From NCBI GenBank assembly GCA_964035545.1, contig OZ037765.1:7636698-7700697 (forward strand): a stretch of 64,000 nucleotides of DNA, read 5' to 3'. The position numbers and the translations under genes are program-made. Position 1 is the stretch's first letter. Each line of letters opens with the position of its first letter. Shown piece after piece: positions 1 through 10,000 of the stretch. The notes beneath the pieces are model-generated. The model saw nothing but the letters and a program-made list of their open reading frames with translations. It searched no databases and was not told the DNA's origin. This DNA is from Bugula neritina (lineage: Eukaryota > Animalia > Bryozoa).

Positions 1-721
1 CCTCTCAATGCAATAAAAGCTTTGCAATCCATTCTAGTAGCTAGACAAAAAATGGCGTTTAGATATGACGTTTTTGTTTTCAAAACTTACAGATATAGGT
101 AAAAGCATTAATTAATCAGTTCCAGGAATGTTGTTTATCTAATTTAAAACATTGAAATTAATGTTTTAATTGATACTCAATTGTTTCTATGCTATACTTT
201 TGATACATAATATTTTGCCTTTACATCAACACAATCCAATCAAAATTAAAATGATATTAGACTTTATTAGATTTTTTACTTTGACTTTGAAACAAAATCA
301 ATTTCAATGACTAGTTGTTTTCAAACTAAGTAAAATATGAATCAACTCATAATGAACTAGCAGATTGAAAAGGGAATTGCAAATAGTGCTAGACTCATTT
401 ATTCTCATAAACAGACCATAAATTTAGAATTGCAGAATAAAAATTCATCTAGTTATTAACTTCAGAGGTTTTTTATGTGCTAAAAATACCAATGCATGAT
501 TCACTCTGAACAGTACTCAACAGCAATGACTATAAACATAAATAATATTGCATATTTATAACTATTGTGTTATAAATAGATTATGATAGATAGTCCTACA
601 ATCAGCTGTAATAAAGTAGCTTGTAATTATACAGTATTGCCATGGCTTCCTGCCACATCACAATTGTCCTAAACACACCACACCTTATCTAAAGTGAGTA
701 ACATATTGTTACTGTCAAGTA

Positions 722-791
722 ATTGCACCACCGGGGAATCAAACCTCACACTTCTAACTTAACCAAGTGACTACCCATTACACTACGGGAG
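722..791 (-). mobile_element. Degenerate tRNA-derived SINE head
   Basis: Reverse complement reads tcccgtagtgtaatgggtag...gtgaggtttgattccccggtggtgca with A-box-like and B-box-like Pol III motifs but no intact cloverleaf. Confidence 0.35.
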
Positions 792-1034
792 AGGGGGGGG
801 GTTGAAATTTCAACCCAACAGCTACATTGCACACACATACCCTGTTATATATAACTTATATATAACACACTTAATATAATAATAACACTGCAAATGTTGC
901 TAGTGAGTTAGAACTCGTGCTTGTTATTATGTTGAAAACGTTAGCAAGCCGTGTTATGTTTGGTCTAAGAGAGAACCAATAGTATACTGCATATCAGAAG
1001 CGAGTAGCCAGCTAGAGTAGAGGTTATACAGCAC

Positions 1035-4000
1035 CTGGCCATCAAAGAGAAGCCCGCTGACTTGATCAGCTGGGCACACCATCACCATGTAGTCTTCAGT
1101 GTCAAAGTTACTTGGATCTTCTCCTGTAGAGCCGGCGGTAGAGAATGTGTACGCGTTAGCCCACTGTTCTACTGCAGGCAATATAATCATGGTAGGGTCC
1201 CCTACCTCTGATACACTTCGCTGACTCTGAGAAATCTACAGTCATGTGTTGTGGAATTGTGGCTAGCCATAGATATGAAAGTATAACCAGCCGCAGCACG
1301 TTTGAACCCCCGCCCCCAAACATACATCTTAGCACCAGTACCCGAGAATATTTTAACAATGGCTACCTTGATTTAATTAGAATAATGACAAGTTTCGTAC
1401 TTTTTGTCAAAGAATTTGAAAGTAAATGACTGAAACACATGGACCATGAAATCACAAATGCAGTGGCAAATGATCATTATTGGAATAAACATGTAAATGT
1501 CAAGGTTTTTCAAGCAACCTCAGTGCAGATGTACCAGAGTTGCCAAAGGATATCAATATATTTGAAACCAGATCATTTTAATCAAAAGGATAATAGAATC
1601 TTTATAGTTTGATTCAGCTTTCTTGAAAAATATTCAAATTTTAGCATATCATTTACATGATGAGCCGTCGAAGGTGTAAGAAGGGGAAACTCATCAAACA
1701 AAAAATAGTACATCAAACAGAACTGCCAGTATTGTATTTCGATTCATACAAAAGCACTAAGAATAGCAGAAAGTGTTCCTACTTATACCTGTGTTACAAG
1801 TATTGGTTTTGTAGACGAAATAGACAAGTGCTCGTCTGAAGGTATAATGTAGGTCTTGGCTTCACCCGCATTCAGGTAAAATGTAGCTTTAGTAATTATC
1901 ACCACCATTGTGTCATTCTCAGCAGCCATTATGTTGAAATAGTCACCAGTAGTTCTGCCTATAGATACAATGAACTCTCCGATGCATTCATATTAATGAG
2001 AAGCAAAAATAAAGTAAGTTGTAGGACTGATTGATGAACACACCATGTGGTTTAATGTGCAACGTTTATTAAAAATAGAAAAAAATTACAATAGTTTTGA
2101 TTTTATTGATCAAAAATTGGTCAGCCATCACAAACCCCAAACCTCATACCTGGGATAGGGACTGTGCAGTAGGACATCCCCCATGACTCCACTGGTGGAA
2201 TCATGGCTACCAAATGATCCCTGGAAGTCCCAATACCAACTGCAGTACGAATATTCCCACTGAATACAGCAACACGTTGCGTAGATTTCACTAGTGTTCC
2301 GGTTAAATCAGCTGAAATGGTATTTAGATCATCATTAGTTTGTGATTATTTATAATTTTTCACAAAGTTGAAACAACTTAAATAAGGTAAACACAATATT
2401 TTGGCTGATTATTTAAATCAACACAACATTATTAAGTCCTTTCTAACTATTTTATGGTCCCTATTCTATTCTACCTCTTCTTCTAGTCAACAAATGCAGA
2501 ATATAAGCAATTTAAAATCATAATACAAGGGGCACTGGAAAGAACAGCTACATGATATATTTAGTATATTCAGAAAGTACACAGTTACAACATTACTGTA
2601 TCAGACCTGTGCTCTGCAGCTGGAGTGTAGAGTATCGGTTCAATACGGCAGACAATGTGTCACCATTAGTATACGTCCGACCTCCATACGTAATCTCAAT
2701 GGCAGGGTAACCAGCCTTGAGGTTCGGAAATGTGATATCAACACCGGTTCCATCGCGTATGCCGATAACCCCCACCTGACACTTGGATATGTCAGAATTA
2801 GGGTAATGAGTGACTAAATAACCAAACATATATCAGTAAGTGGAGGTGGACTTCGCAAACTCACACAGAAAAGTACTGGAATTTTATTCTGCAGATACAC
2901 AACATTTCACTGCAAGTAAGTTCAAATGACATCATGTCACATTTTCAGTTGCTAGACACCATATAAGTGTACAGACAACTAGTTGCAATAAGTAAAGGAC
3001 TTGGAAAGTACAACAGTAATACTGTGAGTACAATAGTGATACTGTGAGTACAATAGTAATACTGTGAGTATGATACTGTGAGTACAACAGTGATACTGTG
3101 AGTATGATACTGTGAGTATGACACTGTGAGTACAATAGTGATACTGTGAGTACAATAGTATGAGTACAATAGTGATACTGTGAGTATGACACTGTGAGTA
3201 CAATAGTGATACTGTGAGTATGACACTGTGAGTACAATAGTGATACTGTGAGTATGGCACTGTGAGTACAATAGTGATACTGTGAGTACAATAGTGATAC
3301 TGTGAGTACAATAGTGATACTGTGAGTACAATAGTGATACTATAAGTCTGCTACAGTAGAGAAAGATAGTTACACTATACCGAGGTTGCGATTGGAAAGT
3401 ACAGAACTATAGCTGTAATGTGATAACAATAAACAAAGAATAAAATAATGAGCAAAAGAAGGAAGAATACGGTGACAGTATGACAGAGTAGCAGTCACCT
3501 GTGTAATATTCTTTGCCGAGCACATCTATTGGTAGAGCTAAGAAGGCATCGGCAGAGTATTTCTCCCTATTGACAGCGTACACAGCAACGTCGTTATCAG
3601 AGGTGATAAACAGGGCCTTGCTGGTCAGTTCAGTGCCAGTTTCCCTCATTGTGTACGGCAAGTAAAACGTCTCGACTTGACCAAACGAGATCTATAAAGA
3701 TGTGATCACTACATAATATGTGAGAATGTATGAAAAAATATGTGAATATGTGAAAAATATGTGAAAATCAACTAGCATGTTTCAATTAAATTAATAAAAC
3801 TTTTAAATGGCAGCACTAAACTGACCAGCAAATATATAATAAAATACCAACAAAGTCCAGCTGTTAGACTTACCTGAGCCTTTTGAAAAACAAAAGGTTC
3901 AAACCACAGCGGACTTTCAATCTGGACGTTGGTGACTCGAGCTCTCAGGGGCGTCACGTACACCTCTAAAGGTACGAACCTGGGAGCCTCCACTATATTA

Positions 4001-7000
4001 TCCATGAAGAATATCACAAACTGTCTCCCACCACTGTCTGGGACACCTGTGCAAAGAGGTAAAACACAGCATCTCATTTCCAGATAAAGGACCGGTTACA
4101 TGGAACCGATTTCCACAAAACTTGCTACAAATGATAAAATGGAACTGTTTCGTGCAGATTTTATACAATCAAAATGCTGGACAAATGCTGTGAAATTTTC
4201 CTTGGAATTATCTGTGAGATTTATATTAATCTAAACTGAGCACTATTGACCAATTCTATTTTTATATTTCAGCTTTGGGTTCAATCCCATATTTTTAAGA
4301 ATTGAGGATAAAATCTAACAATAGTATAATTTCAGCAACAAAAACTTTTTACCATTGGGTGGTAAAGTCCCATACAAATATTAAATGATTATTTGGTTTA
4401 CCCTACCACTGGTAACATAACTCTAACAAAAAAATTTCACTTCATTTCATAGGTTTTTATAACAATGCAAGAAGAGAAAGTTGAACAATTAAACTTTGCT
4501 AAATAATTCAAATCTTAATTTAGGCTACCTTCAGAGAAACAAGATAGCTGAAAATTTGACAGCTGTAAGGGAAAGGCAATTCTAAAACCACCAAATCGAG
4601 AGCAGACAACTATCAAAACAATTACACTGACGTTAATTTTACACAATTTGAAATGTCTAGTAAAAGTGCAATTTAGTAATGTAAGAGTTGTAACTTTTAG
4701 CAAATACCTACTCACCCTCCCCAATATCTCTATTTATAGCACAGTCTTCATCAGCGAGCCCATCTCCATCAGTATCCACATTTGCATTACTTCCTGTACA
4801 CAGTTCCTCATCTATGTTTCCATCGCAGTCATTATCCAGCCCATCTCCCCACACGGAATCGGTCGGAAGACAAGGCTAAAAAATAATCAGTCATAATGAG
4901 CTGCTGAATTTAAAAGTTAAATGTAAATAATTACAATTAGAAAGTAGTGAGAACAGCACACCTGGTTTATTAGAGCCATTCTAGTGCCCATCTGGAAAGA
5001 ATAACTTTCTCTATCAGCAGTGCCGTAGAGATAGCCACTGAACCTAACAACTGGAGACACGTGGCGAATAACGTGCGCCCCTTCAGCTATTCGAACTTGA
5101 GTTCCCACAAGATCTGTACCTAAAATGTTGGATAGATGCCACAACTGGAGTTGTGCTACATTCAACAAACAGTAAATAAGGCCATACACTCGTAATGTTA
5201 ACTCACTTTATACATTAAAATATGCAAACATGGATATAATAAAAGCTTGTAGGCTAAGTTCCAATGAAAAGTTTTTAGTTGAGTCATAGACTTTGCCTTG
5301 AACTCTGGTAGCGCTTCAACTTAATCCTGGAGAAATTTTGCTACTAGGTAACAGGTATATGCATGTTACTGGGTTACAGTTGCTTTATTTTAAAATGTTA
5401 TGTCACCGAATATGAGGATCTGAATGTGTAAGGATAACAAATGACAACTGAGTCGAATTCACTATTAAAACTTTAGTTCTTCCGTATATTGGATTCTAGA
5501 TTACAAATCTAGAACCACATATTACTTTAATTATCAGTTATTTGAAAACGTTGCATTAATAATGCGACATTCAAGAAACAAATTAACCAAATAGTGTACC
5601 TGGTAGAGGTGACCAAACTGGTAGAAGCTCAGCCATTGGTCTGTTATCCAGCATTAATCCACCTGTAACATCTTTATTTACAGTTACCATCAGCCAATTA
5701 TCATAGCTGCCTGAAATATTAACAACAAAATTCTTCTTAGTGAAAAAACTGACAATGATCAAAACAGCAAGTATTTCTAGCCAACATTACCAACATTGAT
5801 TATTATTATTATCTGTGTGTGCTTTCAAGACTTCTACTTTTGTAATATTAAACCACGAATATTAATATTTTTAGCAAAATATCTTTAACTAACTTGAAAA
5901 TGTTGTACTGAATTCAAGAACTTTGGGAAAACTCTTCAAGTGCATGAATAAGTATTTATAATAGCACAGGGCATTCATTCAAAAACTGACAAATTGAAAT
6001 TTGAGACGGAAAGACTATATTTTCTAGAATTGTTAACTAAACCAACTCACTAACTATATTGTTAATACCAGACAATAGTAGTGTAAATCACTTCAGGGAG
6101 CCTTCACTTTTCATAGGTGCATCATTGGGTAGCTTACATATGAAACTAGTATGAGCTCTTATTGGTAGATTAAATGGACTAAACTTTTATATTACAAGGT
6201 ATATAGTATGCTGATGTTTGTAGTTGTTGATCTGCTTCAACTACTAACACTGCAGGAAGACTGACCTGAGCTGTGATACTGAGGAGTGGTGAACACAAAG
6301 TCTGACATGTACTGGGACCGAGCAGTAACCACAGACATACTAGGATCTGCCTTCTCATTGGTAGACTGCTGACTCTGTACTATTTGAACGACGAGAATTG
6401 GCTGCTGAGAGGATATAGTACTACTCACATCACTTGGGATTTCAAAATCTACAAATTGTCCGGCCCGAGACAAGACAAATGCTCGAGTTGTTAGGCTTTC
6501 GACTGATATAGTTGTGTTTGGCAGAGATGAGATAACTCTCACCCCATCGCCTATTGTCCTTTCAGGAGTGGGTATAATCGGAAAGACTTTCCCGTAGGCT
6601 TGCACGGGAGGAAGCTGTACGGCCAGGTGATCCCTAGAGGAAGTTGACCCAACCCATGTCCGCACATTTCCCGAGAAGACGGCAATCGGCATGTTGGACG
6701 TAATGTGAGTGCCAGTAAGATCAGCATTGTCATAGGACAAGCACTGGAAGCTCTGGAACTCGTCCAAAATCAAGTCAAATGTGTCGGAGTTGGTGTAAAC
6801 TTTAGAGTTGAACTCTACTCTGAGTGGGTTGCCAGATTGAAGAGGTGGTAAGGTAATGGTGACTTGAGAGTTGGCGTACCTTGAGGCGACAGCAAATACG
6901 GAGAAAGATGCTGTGGGGCTGTGCGAGACTGTGTAATACTCATAGCCCATGACATCCACTGGGTAGGCAAGAAAACCATCTGTTGAAAATTTCTCCTTGT

Positions 7001-10000
7001 TCAACCCATAGACTGCAATTTCGTTATCCGAGTGGATGTAAATGACTTTATTCTCAATCCGCATCCATCCTAGCCTGAGTAAATGATTCAGTTCAACCTG
7101 CAGATAGTAGTACAGCTATTTAATGATACAATTTTGTAAGAAAATTGGTGAAGGATAATCTACCTTTGTAAGTTACTATATTGATAGAAACATAAGCTCA
7201 GTATAGTTTAAAATAATTTGAAAATAACCCCCTCCAGTGGTCTTTGTAATGAACTTAACAAATTGAACTGCAATTACAAAAAATGAAGTCACCCATTTAG
7301 ATTTGACATGTAATATGTAGAGAGCTTCCTATATTAACTGATCATCAATAGACATTATAACATATCCAGTATATGAAATAACTATGATAACGCAATACTA
7401 TATATATATTTTATTCTGAGTTGTGTTAGTAGTTACCTTCTCAACATGCCCAGAGACCACGGAGATTTGGAGGTTAAGAGGAGCTGCCGTAAAGCCTTGT
7501 GTTGTGATACTGACTTGTACAGGTATAGTTCTTGGTGTAGTAATGAATATTTCAAGAGGCAAGTTTAGTGGCTGTTCCACTTCATTCCTCATAAATACAA
7601 GAACAAACTCCGTCCCCAGATTATCTGCTTGTTGGCCATCTGTCATGTAACACATCAAGTAGTTTGTAAAGAAAAGTTACCATTTTAGCAAAAATCATAA
7701 AATACAAGAAGCATTCATTCGATGATTTTTGCTAAAAAAAGTGATGGTTTTTAAAATTCTTCAAGTTCAGTAAAATCCTAGCTGTAAAGGATGTGTTGGA
7801 TCTCTTTAAGACAGGCAGGGCGGACGAATGTTTCAACAATCACATTTTGTATTAAATTCAACTAAGTTATAAAACTATAGAAATTGAATTAGTATTTGTT
7901 TATTATTATTATTTAACTAAAGTTAACGTTAATAGTATAAACTTTAATAAACAATAACTATCGTTATTAGAAATATTAGAGAAAATTAAACAATGGGATA
8001 TTGGATGCCTAGCTAATACCATACTGCATCATAAACAACTTTTTTCAATGTATAGGGATAAATTCTTCTACAATTTCTAAACCACAATTCAAAAGGTTTA
8101 AAACAATCATAGAAAGAAATTATAAATTAATCAAGAGAGGAAAACTTGCACTCAGCACCTAATCACCCTTTTACTCCAGTATCTCTGACCATTATTTGGA
8201 GTAGACTATTTGCACCTAATCTCAGGATGATAGCAAAAAAGATTGATTTACTTAAACAATAATGGCCATGTAACAAGAAAAGGTAGTCAATAATATGATT
8301 ATATCAATGAAGTGAGGCAATTCTTTGTATTCATGTTTGTCACAGTACATAGCGTAGGTATGGATCAAAATAACTATTACCATCAATACTCAAATTCAAT
8401 ACATTTATGTAACTTAGAACTAGATCAAAATTAATACCCTTATGCAGCAGCAAATCTGCACACAGAATTTTAGCATGAAAAAATGTAACCAAAACAACAA
8501 AGAGAAAATCAAAAAGACACGTATTTTCATCCAAGATCATCCTTATCAAACTAGTGGAAACCAAATTGTAGAAAAATATATATTAGTTAACAGCTTTTAG
8601 ACATATTCAACTGTTATTTCCACTTTGTGAAATTGGTCCTAAATTTACAAGGGTAAAACTGGTATTACTGCTAATGCACAAAGTCAGTGAGCATGACTAG
8701 AAATGAATATTTTAGTTAATACTTTTAAAACAGCATAGCTTCAGTCAATAGGAACTCTTATTGGCAAGACTTCTACTGGATTCCAATTTTTTGCAAACAA
8801 AACATAAAAACCTGCTGCTTCACACTCATACTAATTTCAGGTAAGCATAGCAACTGATGCATACTTATAGATAGTCTTACAATGGCATAACCTGACTAGC
8901 AGCTTAGTGCTGTAAAATATTTGTTTACCATTATATACACTCATATTCTTATTTGTGGTTTGTCATTCATCCTTATGTAAACTGTTATTTTATTATTATT
9001 ACCACATGAATAGTTGTCATTGCATTTACTTATTCCTGTTTTACTTGTTAGCCAGTTGCCTGCTAGTGCTTTATTAATACAGACATACACTACACAGCTA
9101 CTTCAATTTCATATTACCACAGCGAATCACAAAACATAACAGTTGGTGTCAGAAGTGGGATACCTGGGCCATGTCATTGACAAAGAAGGCAAGAGGCCCT
9201 CAGAGTCATCCATCGCTGCACTAAAACAACTGCCTATACCTCAAGACATTCAACAATTGAAAGCTTTTCTTGGAAAAATCACCTACTATGGCCGATTTAT
9301 ATCAAATCTGGCTGACAAAGCAGCTCCCTTGTACAATCTCCTCAAAGATGGAGTTCCTTTCGCATGGACAAATGGTTGCCAACAAGCATTTACAGAGCTT
9401 AAGGAAGACGTCATTAATGCTACTAATCTGTCACACTACGACGAGTCACAAACCCTTGTGCTTGCAACTGATGCTTCCTCTTATGGCGTTGGTGCAGTTC
9501 TCTCACAACAAGATGCTGACGGTAATGAAACTCCTATTGCCTACAGCTCCAAAACTCTGACAGAGACCCAAAAGAAGTATTCTCAGATTGAACGAGAAGC
9601 ACTTTCAATAATTTACGGTCTAACAAAATTTCGTCAATACCTTTATGGCCGAAAATTTATCTTAATAACAGACCATGAGCCTCTTGTGAGTATTTTCTCA
9701 CCGCAGAAAAATATCCCTTCTACAACAGCTCAACAACTCCAGCGTTGGGCATTAACACTAATGGCTTTCCAGTATGACATTGCCTACAAAAAGACTTCTA
9801 AGCATGGTAATGCGGATGCCCTTTCACGGCTACCGCTAGGTATTGATGAGCAATTTGATGCTGCAGAGCATCAAGAAGATATGGAAGTATCACACACAAT
9901 ACGGGAAGAAATTCATGCATTTCCATTAGATTCAATGCAGATAAAAAGAGCAACCCAGAATGATGATACTCTTCAGAAAGTTGTCACATGGATTCATGAG

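Noticed and set aside
112-138. INNIPGTD peptide after an AG, resembling the next expected IgGFc exon (PLPGTD in domain 1)
   Set aside because: Immediately followed by TAA and no usable donor; probably chance.
2932-3331. Three overlapping YSQYHYCTHS-repeat ORFs
   Set aside because: Translations of the intronic minisatellite in all three frames.
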